A stretch of DNA of 64,000 bases from a bacterium. GTDB lineage: Bacteria > Armatimonadota > JACIXR01. Shown here piece after piece: positions 28,103-38,191 of the stretch (the stretch's first letter is position 1; every line of letters begins with the position of its first letter). The notes below the pieces were generated by a model, which worked only from the letters and a program-made list of their open reading frames with translations, searched no databases and was not told the DNA's origin. The position numbers were made by a program, and so were the translations under genes. The DNA is taken from contig JACIXR010000005.1 of NCBI GenBank assembly GCA_014360495.1, positions 24,516 through 88,515 of the forward strand, read 5' to 3'.

Positions 28103-29695
28103 TTAAAGGAAATTATGCCATATCAATAGCAATGAGAAAAGGGAAACACTATAGAGAAAGCATTTTCTCAAAAATTTTGAGGAGGGCTCGGCAACAACTT
28201 CTCCTGCAAGGAAGAGGAGGAAAAGAGAGTAATAGAGTAGGGTAGGTGGGAGGGAAAGGTTTAAGCTCGCTAAGGGCAAGTGAGAGAAGAAATCAACGAT
28301 GCGGATGAGAAGGATTATGGGGATATTGAGGAGGGGTGCTATTATGAGTTTAGAGGCAGGGATTATGATTAAGAAAGGAATGAAGATGAGCCCCTCTACA
28401 AGGATGAGGAGGGATAAGGGAACGGCGAAGATATTGGCGATTAGAGAAATCGGGCTGAACATCTTAAAATAATGGATTAGGAGAGGGGAGACAGCCAGTT
28501 GTGCGGAGAGGGATGTGGCGAAAATTAGGTAAAGGAAGCGCGCGATAGGGGAATGAGGGGTAGGAATTAGGGCTTGAACAATGGGTAGGAGGGATATGAG
28601 TCCCCACACAGCCAAGAAGGAGAGTTGGAAGCTTGGTGTGTATAAAGCGGGAGGATGAGATAATAGAATAACCAAAGCAGTGATGGCGAAAATATTGAAT
28701 GTGTCCATTTTCCTTCCCAATGCCGTGGCTATTAAGCCGAGTATTCCCATCAGAGAGGCACGTTGAATGGGAAGCTCTCCACCAACGAGGAAGGAATAGC
28801 CGATGATTAAGAAGGAGAAGAGGAAAAGAAAGCTCAGGCCACGAGAGAGAAGGACAAGCTCGTCTTTTACTTCCAGACCGATTTTTCTCCTGATTTGTTT
28901 TCTGAGGAAGAGAACTCCGAGAGAACTTGCTCTTACATGGAAGAGCCTTAAGAGAAACCAGACGAAGGCGAGTAGAAGGGAAACTTGCGTTCCCGATACG
29001 ACGAGGATGTGGATTGTTCCTGTTTTCTTGAAGCTTTCCAGGAGTTTGGTAGGAGAGGGGGAATCGGCTTTCCCGACGACGAGATTGGTCAATATGAGGG
29101 CAGAGGTTGGAGGAAGGGCATTTTTTGAAGCCTCCAAAATCTTACCTCTCAATTTACCGATTAAGGAGAGAAAGCCTTCCCCTTCGCTGACATTGAGAAA
29201 TTCGGCTGATTTCATATAATAGGAAGTCCCTTGAAGCCTTATCTTGGTGGAAGGAACAACGATATTCCCCTTCAATTCTACTTTTTCTCCCATTTTTATT
29301 CTCCTTCCCTCCCAATCGTCAAAGAAAACCTGGACTATTTTCCCTTTATCTTCGTTGTTTCCCGCCCTTATCCTCTCGGCTTTAACGAGAAGAAAAGGCT
29401 TTTTATTTTTCGTAAAGCTTATCTCCTCAACTACCTTTCCCTCCAAAAATCCTTTCCCGATACAGGAGGGAGGGGTTCTATTATGGACGAAATAGACGGA
29501 GTTTATTGCGACGCTCAAGGGGAAGAAGGCAAATAAAAGGAAAGATTTTGCTAAAGGGTGATGGAAGAAAACGGGGAAAAGAAAGAAGAAACAGGCTAAA
29601 AAGAGGAAATATAATGGGGGTGGGATGAAATTGAAGGCTAAAACTATTCCCGCTATCCATAGGAAAAGAACGATTGCTATGGGTCGGTTTAACAT
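28103..29695 (-). CDS. ComEC/Rec2-family membrane protein (DUF4131 plus competence domain; no metallo-beta-lactamase domain)
   Basis: Polytopic membrane protein with a central HILVVSGTQVSLL motif; 530 aa. Confidence 0.7.
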   Translation of the reverse strand: MLNRPIAIVLFLWIAGIVLAFNFIPPPLYFLFLACFFFLFPVFFHHPLAKSFLLFAFFPLSVAINSVYFVHNRTPPSCIGKGFLEGKVVEEISFTKNKKPFLLVKAERIRAGNNEDKGKIVQVFFDDWEGRRIKMGEKVELKGNIVVPSTKIRLQGTSYYMKSAEFLNVSEGEGFLSLIGKLRGKILEASKNALPPTSALILTNLVVGKADSPSPTKLLESFKKTGTIHILVVSGTQVSLLLAFVWFLLRLFHVRASSLGVLFLRKQIRRKIGLEVKDELVLLSRGLSFLFLFSFLIIGYSFLVGGELPIQRASLMGILGLIATALGRKMDTFNIFAITALVILLSHPPALYTPSFQLSFLAVWGLISLLPIVQALIPTPHSPIARFLYLIFATSLSAQLAVSPLLIHYFKMFSPISLIANIFAVPLSLLILVEGLIFIPFLIIIPASKLIIAPLLNIPIILLIRIVDFFSHLPLASLNLSLPPTLLYYSLFLLFLAGEVVAEPSSKFLRKCFLYSVSLFSLLLIWHNFL

Positions 29696-29698
29696 TAC

Positions 29699-30979
29699 CT
29701 ACAGCTTCTTCAATAAATCCCTCACCGTCTGCAAAGTTATATCCTCAACTGTTGGGAGGAAGGGGGCAGGGTAGCCATACCATCTATAGGCGTCGCTTAC
29801 CTCGTAGCCTCCCTCTTCAAATGCTGATGTAGTTGGCAGATAGCCAATAATTTTATCATAATATCCAACTACAAATGGCATAAATCCCTTCTCCCTGATG
29901 AGCTCCTTAGCTTTTTTCCCTATCTCAGAGAAAACCTCCCCTGGGAGGAAGAGAAATAAGAGCTCACCTATTTTAAGAAGGCTGATTTTTCCCTTGACTA
30001 CCTTCTCATAATTTCCTTCCTCTACCTTTCTCAGCGTGTCGGTAGCCCAGCGAATATAGGAAGTTCGCCAAATCTGTTCGGGAAGCGAAGCGTTTTCTAT
30101 TCCTTTTTCCTGTTCCTTTATGAAGTCCTTCAGCCAGTCTGTTGAAGGCGGTTCAGCAAGAGGGAAGGATTGGAGTTTGTGAGCATAATCAATATAGTCA
30201 GCTTTGACTTCGTTGGATTTCTCATAAACGCTAAAGACGGATTCAGCGAGCTTTCTACCTGTTATCTCCAAGCCGTAAATACCTCTTTCCTTTGGATTTT
30301 GGTCGCCAGCAGGTCCATTAGCCATAAGAACAGCGGGAGTAGTGAGAAAGGACTTGAGATAAACCCTTGCTCTTCCGGGAAAGTCAGCGCTTATGAAGCG
30401 ATTATCTCCTCCTAAGCAGACAGCGTGGCAAGTGAAGTTGACAAGTGGTATATTATCAAAGAAGAGGACGGCGAATTCCTTTTCTACATACCCTTCTTCC
30501 TTTCTAGTAGGAAGCCATCCCGGGAGCGTTCTCCTATTCAAAGCGATATCAACTTCCCCAGTGACAACTTTTAATTTTTTCTCCTCTTGTCTTTCCATTG
30601 CCTCTTTTATCTTGTTCGCTATGCTTTTCCCAATGTCCTTCAACCAATTTTGATAAGTGTTTCCCATATAGGGAACAGCCCCCGTGCTTGGCGCTGAGTG
30701 AGTGTGGGTTGCGAAGGGAAAAATTTCCTCTTGAGAGAAGCCCAATCTCCTTAAATGAGGAAGCAGGCTTTGCCTTAATCTTTCTCCGAAGGCAAGAAGG
30801 TCGAAGCTGAGAAGCAAAGCTTTTTTCTTATCGCTTTCCAACAAAATGAATGTGCAAAAAACTGGGTCCAAGATACCTAAGCAAGGGTTCACCCTATTCC
30901 CATATCCTACAAGGTCTACGGGAAAATGGGGAGTTATATCAACTTCTCCATAAGAAATTCGCAATTTCGCCATTTCCAT
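29699..30979 (-). CDS. Neutral/alkaline ceramidase N-terminal-domain-like hydrolase
   Basis: VDITPHFPVDLVGYGNRVNPCLGILDPVFCTFILLESDKKKALLLSFDL matches the ceramidase N-terminal pattern; 426 aa. Confidence 0.5.
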   Translation of the reverse strand: MEMAKLRISYGEVDITPHFPVDLVGYGNRVNPCLGILDPVFCTFILLESDKKKALLLSFDLLAFGERLRQSLLPHLRRLGFSQEEIFPFATHTHSAPSTGAVPYMGNTYQNWLKDIGKSIANKIKEAMERQEEKKLKVVTGEVDIALNRRTLPGWLPTRKEEGYVEKEFAVLFFDNIPLVNFTCHAVCLGGDNRFISADFPGRARVYLKSFLTTPAVLMANGPAGDQNPKERGIYGLEITGRKLAESVFSVYEKSNEVKADYIDYAHKLQSFPLAEPPSTDWLKDFIKEQEKGIENASLPEQIWRTSYIRWATDTLRKVEEGNYEKVVKGKISLLKIGELLFLFLPGEVFSEIGKKAKELIREKGFMPFVVGYYDKIIGYLPTTSAFEEGGYEVSDAYRWYGYPAPFLPTVEDITLQTVRDLLKKL

Positions 30980-30987
30980 ACTCCTTT

Positions 30988-32217
30988 TTAAATTTCCACT
31001 TTTCTCAATTCATCAACATTTTCCTTAATTTTCCTTATAGCTTCCGCTATATCTTCCACATCGTTCTTATCGCCTAAGAGAAGAGTATGAAATAGCCATA
31101 CACTTTCCTTCTCAAGTATTCTCGCATTTGTGAGTGGCTCTCTAACGAATTTCTCATCCTTTAATAGCTTTCCGAAAGGACCGAAATGCCCTTGTGCGTA
31201 GACTGGGGCGTCGCAAAGCAGGCTGTATCCCGCTGAGCAGGGAATTCCCTCCGCGTTCAACGCTCTAATAAATACATCCTTATCCACCCCTCCAAAAGCT
31301 TCCTTTTGATTGCGGAAGACATAGAGATGATAAGCCCTCCTATTGACTCTCTCATCCCGTTCCTGAGGGATTATACCTTCTATTCCCTTTAGGAGGGAAT
31401 CCAAATAGAGGGCGTTTTCCTCCCTCCTTTTGAATTCCTCCTCTATCTTATCCATCATGGAGAGTAGAATTGCTGCTTGGAACTCCGTCATTCTCATATT
31501 TGCGCCAAGGATGTAATGCTCATACCATTCACCACCCACTCTTTTCCTTCCCACATGATGGACGCTGAAAGCGTATTCGTATAATTCTTCATTATCAGTT
31601 GTTATAGCACCTCCTTCTCCCGCGGGTAAATTCTTTGACTCTTGGAAAGAGAAGGCGCCGACATCGCCCAGAGAGCCAACCCTTTTGCCTTTCCATTCCG
31701 AGCCGTGTGCATGGGCACAATCCTCAATTATAGCTAAGCCATATTTATCCTTTATTTCCTGGAAGGCATCCATGTTCGCCGGTTCTCCGCCAAGATGGAC
31801 AGGAATTATTGCCTTGGTGCGTGGAGTGATGAGCGCCTCTGCGGAGAATGGGTCTAAGCAGAAGGTCTTCAAATCTATATCAGCGAAGACTGGAACCGCT
31901 CCTAACATAGCGGCAGCATTAGCGGTAGCGATAAATGTATAAGGAGGAACTATCACTTCATCCCCTGGCTCAACACCGCAGACCCAGAGGGCAAGATATA
32001 GAGCTGTTGTGCCGGAAGTGAGGGAGACGCAATATTTGGTCTGGCAATATTCAGCGAATTTACTTTCAAATTCCTCCGCCCTTGGTCCCCTTGTCCCCCA
32101 TTTCCCTGACCTTACCACATCGGCTACCGCCGAAACCTCTTTTTCCCGCCAAATCGGCCAAGATGGAAAGGGTTTCTCTCTCACGGGCTTGCCGCCCAAT
32201 ATAGCCAATTTTGCCAA
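30988..32217 (-). CDS. DegT/DnrJ/EryC1/StrS family PLP-dependent sugar aminotransferase
   Basis: ...SGTTALYLAL...GDEVIVPPYTFIATANA..., 409 aa. Confidence 0.9.
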   Translation of the reverse strand: MAKLAILGGKPVREKPFPSWPIWREKEVSAVADVVRSGKWGTRGPRAEEFESKFAEYCQTKYCVSLTSGTTALYLALWVCGVEPGDEVIVPPYTFIATANAAAMLGAVPVFADIDLKTFCLDPFSAEALITPRTKAIIPVHLGGEPANMDAFQEIKDKYGLAIIEDCAHAHGSEWKGKRVGSLGDVGAFSFQESKNLPAGEGGAITTDNEELYEYAFSVHHVGRKRVGGEWYEHYILGANMRMTEFQAAILLSMMDKIEEEFKRREENALYLDSLLKGIEGIIPQERDERVNRRAYHLYVFRNQKEAFGGVDKDVFIRALNAEGIPCSAGYSLLCDAPVYAQGHFGPFGKLLKDEKFVREPLTNARILEKESVWLFHTLLLGDKNDVEDIAEAIRKIKENVDELRKVEI

Positions 32218-32325
32218 TTTTTAACACCTCCAATCTATTAAAAAGAAAAAATCGCATAATTGCAATTATAGACATGCCCAACCCTCTGTCAATTTTCTAA
32301 TGGTTTTGAGAGATGTGGGTGAATT

Positions 32326-34977
32326 TTAGGGTGCGAGGACGCTAATACCCGCTAATAGGATAGAGCTCCTTGTTTTATAAGAAACGATTTTTATCTTTTG
32401 TATCTTTCTATGGGGATTTGGATTCTTCCAGAGGAAAATCCTCAAGCCAGGCACTCTATTTGAGAGGGGAGGGGAGAGCCATATCGTCAATTTATCGCTC
32501 CCAATGGGCATAATATTGTTGCCCAAGGATAGAACCAATACCTCCTTCCCACCGTCCTCATATTGAATGTCGTATTCACCAATTGGTGTATCGGGCGGTT
32601 CTTCTCCTACCGCGGTATGGAGAAAATATATTTCCTTTGCTGGCAAAGGCGCTTGCAATTTCAACTCTATTGTTGTGGGAGCATCAAAAGCAAATGGATT
32701 TTGTCCCTGCAAAGACACCTTCTTATCAGGAACGATAAACTTCCTTCCACCTAAAAATCTCTCACCAGAAGGGATATCGGCGAACTCTACTACACCTGAA
32801 TCGCTCAAATCCAGAAGCCAGCCACTTCCCTCTCTTTCCATTCCGCCTTCCCAGAGGTCCTTGAAGAGTTCCGCTATGTGGGGAAGGAGGTTTGGGGCAG
32901 GTGCATCTGGATTCCAAGCATATATGGCGCTTAGGACATAAGGGGCTATCTGGTTAAAGCTCTTTGATAGGGATTGAATATTGTAGAAACCAGCCCAAGT
33001 GGTTTGTAGCAGTCCCATAGCTCCTTGTCTATATGCTGATTGAGAAAATTTATAGATGTTTTGAGGTCTATACCAGGTGCAAGCTATGATGTTAGTGAAA
33101 CCTGCCTGCTTAAAGATTCCGATTGATGGATAATTTTCAAAGGGGTTGTAGTGCCAATCGGCTATTATTATGTCTTTTGGCAGAAGCTTTCGTTTTCCCT
33201 CCGCTTCCTGCTTGGTTTGGGCATGGGTTGCATCTCCTGCCTCGCCTGGGGCGAGTAATTCATCGCCCCAAATCATGACCTTACAGCCCTTCTGAGAAAG
33301 AAAATCGTAAATCTTCTTTATATGCTCAACATATAAGCTGACGATATCTTTGGTTCCACAACCATATGGGCAATTTGGATTGGGGAATCTTCCAATCATT
33401 TCAACTTCGTCAGCCCCGATATGGAAGATAGCGGGCCTCTCAAAAAGGTTGATTGCCTCTTCATATATGCTGAATAAGAAAGAATAGGTGCGGGGATTGG
33501 AAGGGCAGAAGGCATAAGGGCGTTGAGGGTCCTCAGCAATATCAAGATTGTTTTTCCTTTGAAACGCCCATTCCGCATGACCGAATGATTGGATTAATGG
33601 GTATACATCTATGAAATTTTCCTTTGCTGTTTTAACAAGGGTTTTGATTTCCTCTTGGGTCATCGTCCAATCATTCTTGAGGTTGGGTTGGCTTTTCCAC
33701 TCTCCATACTCACATTCTAAAACAATCGTGTTTATCTTCATGGGAGCGAGGATTTTCTTTATCAATTGTAGATAAAAAGCAAGAGAGAACTTGTCAGCGA
33801 AGAAATGAACTCCTCTAAATGGAAAGGCGGGATAATCTTTTATGACACAACACCTTATTCCATTCTTTGTAAATAACCATCTAAGAGTTTGCACAGCATA
33901 AAAAAGCCCCCTTTCATCTTTTCCACAAAGGAGGGCAAAATTGGGCTTGACGATTAGAAAATATCCCTCTGGCTTAAGAGGTTCATTGAGAATTGCGCTT
34001 TCCTCTGGAGTGATTACATCCTTTATGAGGTTTTCGTTATTCGTTAGGATAATGTTGCCTGGCAAGTTCTTCAATGGTTCGTTTGAAAGCAAAACTTGGC
34101 TGGAAAACCCTTGTTCCTTTAAAACCTCCTGCAAAGAAGCGATAATTCTTCCGTCTATTTGGTTCTGGGAGGAGTCAACTATTATCTTGGAGGAGCGGAG
34201 AAGGAAGAAATCGTTGTCAAGAATTGATTGCTTTGGGGGAGGGAGAAATGGAAAATTCCAGTTTCGTTGGATAAGGTTATCTTTATATGTGGCTTTGACT
34301 ACGCTTGTGAGCGATTTTTCCACCTTCATAGTGGGAGTGAATTTGAAGACAGTGCGGAAAACCGACTCTTTATCAAAGTTCAACGGGCTATCCATATATC
34401 CAACCCATAGCTCGTCTTTGCTCCAAACGGGTAAGCGGGCATCTATTAGGACTTTTTTCCCCTCTCCTTCAAAGGATAAATTGAGTTCTCCTAAAGTGGT
34501 TCTGAGCGAAATATATTGAAAATCCTCTGCAAGGTATGCTTCCTCTATCCTCTGTGCCTTGCTGACGACGGGAATGTTTCCCGATTTTTTATCCGATTTG
34601 AAAGTTGCACCTGCGAATTGACTTATCGGTAACTGGGCAACAAAATATTGGAGAGTAGCCGGGATATTCTTTTTAAGCTTTATGCGGAGGACAGCCTCTA
34701 TTCCTTCCTCTATATAAGATACTTTATAAATTAAAGAGACTTCCGATGTTTCATCTTGCCAAATGAAGGAGTTCCCTTCCTCCCTAACCGTTATCTTTCT
34801 TTTACTGCTATCATAAATCACCCCATCCTGTGAAACGACGGCAATGGACGACCTTCTAACTATTCCTTTTCCTCTTATTGCTACATAAAGCCCTTGACTT
34901 GTTATTGAACATCTCATCTCATCTGAGGGGAGGGCAAGAATGGAAACGGTTAAAAGGAGAATTATGATATATTTCAT
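32326..34977 (-). CDS. Secreted large glycosidase, GH20-like catalytic TIM barrel (beta-hexosaminidase-type)
   Basis: Signal peptide; DYPAFPFRGVHFFADKF and FHIGADEV resemble the GH20 R-G-x-x-x-D and H-x-G-G-D-E blocks. Assignment is tentative. Confidence 0.45.
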   Translation of the reverse strand: MKYIIILLLTVSILALPSDEMRCSITSQGLYVAIRGKGIVRRSSIAVVSQDGVIYDSSKRKITVREEGNSFIWQDETSEVSLIYKVSYIEEGIEAVLRIKLKKNIPATLQYFVAQLPISQFAGATFKSDKKSGNIPVVSKAQRIEEAYLAEDFQYISLRTTLGELNLSFEGEGKKVLIDARLPVWSKDELWVGYMDSPLNFDKESVFRTVFKFTPTMKVEKSLTSVVKATYKDNLIQRNWNFPFLPPPKQSILDNDFFLLRSSKIIVDSSQNQIDGRIIASLQEVLKEQGFSSQVLLSNEPLKNLPGNIILTNNENLIKDVITPEESAILNEPLKPEGYFLIVKPNFALLCGKDERGLFYAVQTLRWLFTKNGIRCCVIKDYPAFPFRGVHFFADKFSLAFYLQLIKKILAPMKINTIVLECEYGEWKSQPNLKNDWTMTQEEIKTLVKTAKENFIDVYPLIQSFGHAEWAFQRKNNLDIAEDPQRPYAFCPSNPRTYSFLFSIYEEAINLFERPAIFHIGADEVEMIGRFPNPNCPYGCGTKDIVSLYVEHIKKIYDFLSQKGCKVMIWGDELLAPGEAGDATHAQTKQEAEGKRKLLPKDIIIADWHYNPFENYPSIGIFKQAGFTNIIACTWYRPQNIYKFSQSAYRQGAMGLLQTTWAGFYNIQSLSKSFNQIAPYVLSAIYAWNPDAPAPNLLPHIAELFKDLWEGGMEREGSGWLLDLSDSGVVEFADIPSGERFLGGRKFIVPDKKVSLQGQNPFAFDAPTTIELKLQAPLPAKEIYFLHTAVGEEPPDTPIGEYDIQYEDGGKEVLVLSLGNNIMPIGSDKLTIWLSPPLSNRVPGLRIFLWKNPNPHRKIQKIKIVSYKTRSSILLAGISVLAP

Positions 34978-36140
34978 TTTGATTTATTTTTCTCTACGAC
35001 CCTTTTGTAAAGGGAGAGGAGTTTTCGCGCGCTTTCCTTAGCGGAGAAACGTTTTGCTCCTTTCAACGCTTCTTCCTTCATTTTATTAAGTCTCTCCCTA
35101 TTCCTCAGAAGTTCACCCGCAACATTGGCAAAGGCATCGGGGTCAGCGGGAAGGATGAATCCATCCAGACCCTCACGGATTGATTCCCTCGCGCCGAATG
35201 AATCAGCTGCAATAACGGGAACACCCATAGCAAGTGCTTCTGCCATCACTAATCCCTGTGTTTCCGTCTTTGAGGGGAAAAGGAAGATATCTGTTGCGGA
35301 GAGGCATTCCCTTACTTTCTCCCTATCAACGAATCCCAAAAACCTACATTTATCACTAATCCCAAGTTCATCCGCTAAAACCTTGAGCTCTTCTTCCTGA
35401 GGACCCGAACCAACAAGGAGAAGGTAAACATTGGGAATTTTTTCAACAAGTTTCCTAAAGGATAATAGAAGCATTTGGACATTTTTTTCCACCGCGAGCC
35501 TACCAACATAGGTTAAGATGGAAGCATCTGAGGGAATGCCAAGGGAAAGGCGAGGGAAAGAAGGGTCTTCTTCTTTATACCAATTATCCAGCTCTAACCC
35601 TGTGGGAATGACCTCTATTGGACGATAAACGCCATAACTTCTCAGCAATTGCTCGGCTGCCTTGCTTGGAACGACCACCGCATCGCAGAGGTTGCAGAAA
35701 TTCCTGCTTAGTTTACGGAGAAAGGGTTTGACCAAGAAGGAAGGGAGGGGGTAGGCGTAATGGGAATACTCTTCATAGAATGTATGGTAGGTGGTGACGA
35801 GAGCTGTCCCATTCCTTCGTGCCAAGTGCCTTGCCGTCCAGCCCAAGAGGAAAGGAGTTTGAGGATGGACGACATCCACATTTAGGGTTGAAAAGGCTTC
35901 AAATATTCTTGGCGAGAAGGGGATGGGGATGGGGTATTCGGGGTGATGGGGGAAGCGGAAGGAGGGGAAACGAAATACAGAAGCGTTTTTATCTTTGTAG
36001 CCAGGGAAACGGGGGGCGAAGAAATATAATTTGCATCCGAGCTCTTGCAAATGCTTGGCAAAAGTTTCAATAGATATAGAGACTCCGTTTATAATAGGAG
36101 TAAAAGACTCACTGAAGATGGCTATAACCATCCTCTGCAC
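34974..36140 (-). CDS. Glycosyltransferase family 4
   Basis: GT4 fold; C-terminal EX7E-like region (PSKTETQGLVMAEALAMGVPVI). Confidence 0.85.
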   Translation of the reverse strand: MQRMVIAIFSESFTPIINGVSISIETFAKHLQELGCKLYFFAPRFPGYKDKNASVFRFPSFRFPHHPEYPIPIPFSPRIFEAFSTLNVDVVHPQTPFLLGWTARHLARRNGTALVTTYHTFYEEYSHYAYPLPSFLVKPFLRKLSRNFCNLCDAVVVPSKAAEQLLRSYGVYRPIEVIPTGLELDNWYKEEDPSFPRLSLGIPSDASILTYVGRLAVEKNVQMLLLSFRKLVEKIPNVYLLLVGSGPQEEELKVLADELGISDKCRFLGFVDREKVRECLSATDIFLFPSKTETQGLVMAEALAMGVPVIAADSFGARESIREGLDGFILPADPDAFANVAGELLRNRERLNKMKEEALKGAKRFSAKESARKLLSLYKRVVEKNKSK

Positions 36141-36199
36141 AAGAGTTTCCTTCGGGTTCTGGGACCCTTTCTTTTACTTTACATGACTTGCCCTATTTT

Positions 36200-36466
36200 T
36201 TATTTGGTGCGGGATTCCAAGAGGAAGCGTATAGCGGTTCGTTCCTCACCGTCGATGTTGACGGAATGGAAGGCAGGGGCAGCTACAAGGTCTATGCCGT
36301 TTGGCGCTACATATCCCCGCGCTATGGCTATTGACTTCACCGCCTGATTAACGGCTCCCGCTCCAACCGCTTGCACGATGACCTGCCCATCCCTTCTCAT
36401 TACCGCCGCAATAGCACCGGCTACCGCCTTAGGAGAAGAGTTAGCAGATACCTTCAATACCTCCAT
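36200..36466 (-). CDS. spoVS: Stage V sporulation protein S homolog
   Basis: MEVLKVSANSSPKAVAGAIAAVMRRDGQVIVQAVGAGAVNQAVKSIAIARGY..., 88 aa; AAGGAGG RBS. Confidence 0.8.
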   Translation of the reverse strand: MEVLKVSANSSPKAVAGAIAAVMRRDGQVIVQAVGAGAVNQAVKSIAIARGYVAPNGIDLVAAPAFHSVNIDGEERTAIRFLLESRTK

Positions 36467-36611
36467 TTCTTCGACCTCCTTCTTTATCTTTTTTGCGTCG
36501 CATCTATCATTTGAGCTTGGCTATTGAATTCAGCTGTTTTTGTTATTAAATTTTAATAACGGTTAAATTATGAAGCAAGCAAATTTTCAATGCAAGCAAT
36601 TTTTTAATCTT

Positions 36612-36675
36612 GGTTTTGTTGCATAATTCATTAAAATTATAAATTGTCAAGATACAGGGTTTTTGCAACAAAACC
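36612..36675. promoter_or_regulatory. 12-bp perfect inverted repeat (GGTTTTGTTGCA...TGCAACAAAACC) with a 40-nt spacer, just upstream of a TTGACT-18-TATAAT promoter
   Basis: Arms at 36612-36623 and 36664-36675, seen directly. Confidence 0.35.
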
Positions 36676-36682
36676 TAAACCC

Positions 36683-36712
36683 TTGACTTCTCCTTTGTTA
36701 ATTGATTATAAT
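36683..36712 (+). promoter_or_regulatory. Candidate sigma70 promoter (TTGACT-18-TATAAT) for the SPOR-smpB operon
   Basis: ttgact at 36683-36688 and tataat at 36707-36712. Confidence 0.45.
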
Positions 36713-36726
36713 GCCTATAGAAAGGA

Positions 36727-37335
36727 GTGATAAGCATAGAAAAGTCGGGATTGCTTAAGAACATTCTGCTTGTGATGGGCGTGATTTGCGTCCTTGGGGT
36801 TTCCTTTGTTTTGGGGCTCTTCACTGGGTGGAAACTCTCCAGCTCCGAAAGATACGAAGAAAGATACGAAGAAATGCCACCGTTAAGAAGAACTGTTCCA
36901 CAAAAGCAATACACGCCACCCTCAACCCCCATCTTCATTATACCCCACAAGACTACTCCCTCCCTTCAAGCTACTCCTTCCCAAACCAAGCCCCGGATAC
37001 AAAAACCCTCTGTTCCTCCTAAACCGGAAATCTCAATAACTCCGACCAACATCCCTCAACCTCCAAAGGCAGTAACGACTCCACCACCAACCAGCGAAGA
37101 GGCACCCGTGGAATCCCCAAAGAAGCTTTACAAAGTGACTATTGGTCCTATGGATGAGGAGCAGGCAAAGAAAACACAGGAGGAATTGAAAAATCAGGGA
37201 AAGGAAGCCATACTCGTGCCTTCAAATGGCAAATATAAATTGCAAATAGGAGCTTTTATTCAGAAGGAAAACGCCCAGAACCTTGTGGATGAACTGAAGA
37301 AATCAGGATATAACGCAGTATTAGAGGAAAAATGA
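36727..37335 (+). CDS. SPOR domain-containing membrane-anchored protein (Pro/Thr-rich linker)
   Basis: N-terminal TM, PT-rich linker, C-terminal SPOR-like domain (KLYKVTIGPMDEEQAKKTQEELKNQGKEAILVP...YKLQIGAFIQKENAQNLVDELKKSGY). GTG start; start site uncertain. Confidence 0.6.
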   Translation: MISIEKSGLLKNILLVMGVICVLGVSFVLGLFTGWKLSSSERYEERYEEMPPLRRTVPQKQYTPPSTPIFIIPHKTTPSLQATPSQTKPRIQKPSVPPKPEISITPTNIPQPPKAVTTPPPTSEEAPVESPKKLYKVTIGPMDEEQAKKTQEELKNQGKEAILVPSNGKYKLQIGAFIQKENAQNLVDELKKSGYNAVLEEK

Positions 37336-37778
37336 AGGTTATCACAACGAACAGAAAAGCGAGCCACTTCTACGAGATAGAAGATAATATAGAAGCCGGT
37401 ATAGCCTTGACTGGTTCGGAGATAAAAAGCGTGAGGGAAGGGAAGGTGGACATAAGCGACAGCTTTGCAAAGATAGAGAAGGGAGAGATATGGTTAATGA
37501 ATATGTACATAGCTCCTTATGATAAGGCAAGGGGATTGAATGTTGACCCTCGTCGCCCGAGAAAATTGCTCCTCAAGAAGAGGGAGATAAGGCATCTTAT
37601 GGGAAAAGTTCTTCAGCGTGGTTATACCCTCATTCCTTTAAGAGTTTATATAAAGGGAAGATGGGCAAAAGTAGAATTAGGATTGGCGAAGGGGAAAAAG
37701 CTATACGATAGGCGCAGGGAGATAGCGGAGAGAGATATGAGAAGAGAAATGGAGAGAATGTTAAAGGGAGGTGATTGA
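37332..37778 (+). CDS. smpB: SsrA-binding protein
   Basis: MKVITTNRKASHFYEIED...GIALTGSEIKS... Confidence 0.95.
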   Translation: MKVITTNRKASHFYEIEDNIEAGIALTGSEIKSVREGKVDISDSFAKIEKGEIWLMNMYIAPYDKARGLNVDPRRPRKLLLKKREIRHLMGKVLQRGYTLIPLRVYIKGRWAKVELGLAKGKKLYDRRREIAERDMRREMERMLKGGD

Positions 37779-38169
37779 AATAGATATTAAGAAGGAAAAG
37801 CTGGTAAGGGAAATCATAAGACAGCGTTTTGACAATCCCGAATGGGAGGTTTTCTCCAATATAGGAGAGAGAAAGGAGCGAGGAATTAGGATAGGTCCGA
37901 ATGTCTTTTATCCAAGCATAGTAGTTCTAAAAATGGATAGTAGCGAGGTCATCGGCGTAGGTGAAGTGGAAACTGAGGAAGCAATTGACCCCCAGTCAGC
38001 GAATAGATGGCAGATGTTAAGTAAAGCTTTCCCTTCTTTTTGGCTTTACATTCCAAAGAGCAAATTGGAGGAAACTCGTAAATTGCTCCAAGAACGAAAA
38101 ATAAAGAAGGTCTTGCTTCGCACTTGGGAGGTAGATGAGAAGGGAACGGTTACCATAACCGACCTTTAG
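37771..38169 (+). CDS. Hypothetical protein (132 aa)
   Basis: ORF overlapping the smpB stop; no recognisable family. Confidence 0.4.
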   Translation: MIEIDIKKEKLVREIIRQRFDNPEWEVFSNIGERKERGIRIGPNVFYPSIVVLKMDSSEVIGVGEVETEEAIDPQSANRWQMLSKAFPSFWLYIPKSKLEETRKLLQERKIKKVLLRTWEVDEKGTVTITDL

Positions 38170-38191
38170 AGGGAAGGCTGAGTTAAAGCCG

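Noticed and set aside
28803-29536. Plus-strand ORFs 28803..29219, 29231..29536 and 29244..29495
   Set aside because: These are antisense shadows within the ComEC-like gene.
36467-36726. Possible tmRNA (ssrA) next to smpB
   Set aside because: The only sizeable intergenic space near smpB is 260 bp. It shows no tRNA-like GGGG...CCACCA ends and is too short for tmRNA.
36841-36864. 12-bp direct duplication (gaaagatacgaa x2) inside the SPOR protein gene
   Set aside because: It simply encodes ERYEERYEE in a low-complexity linker and is not a regulatory repeat.
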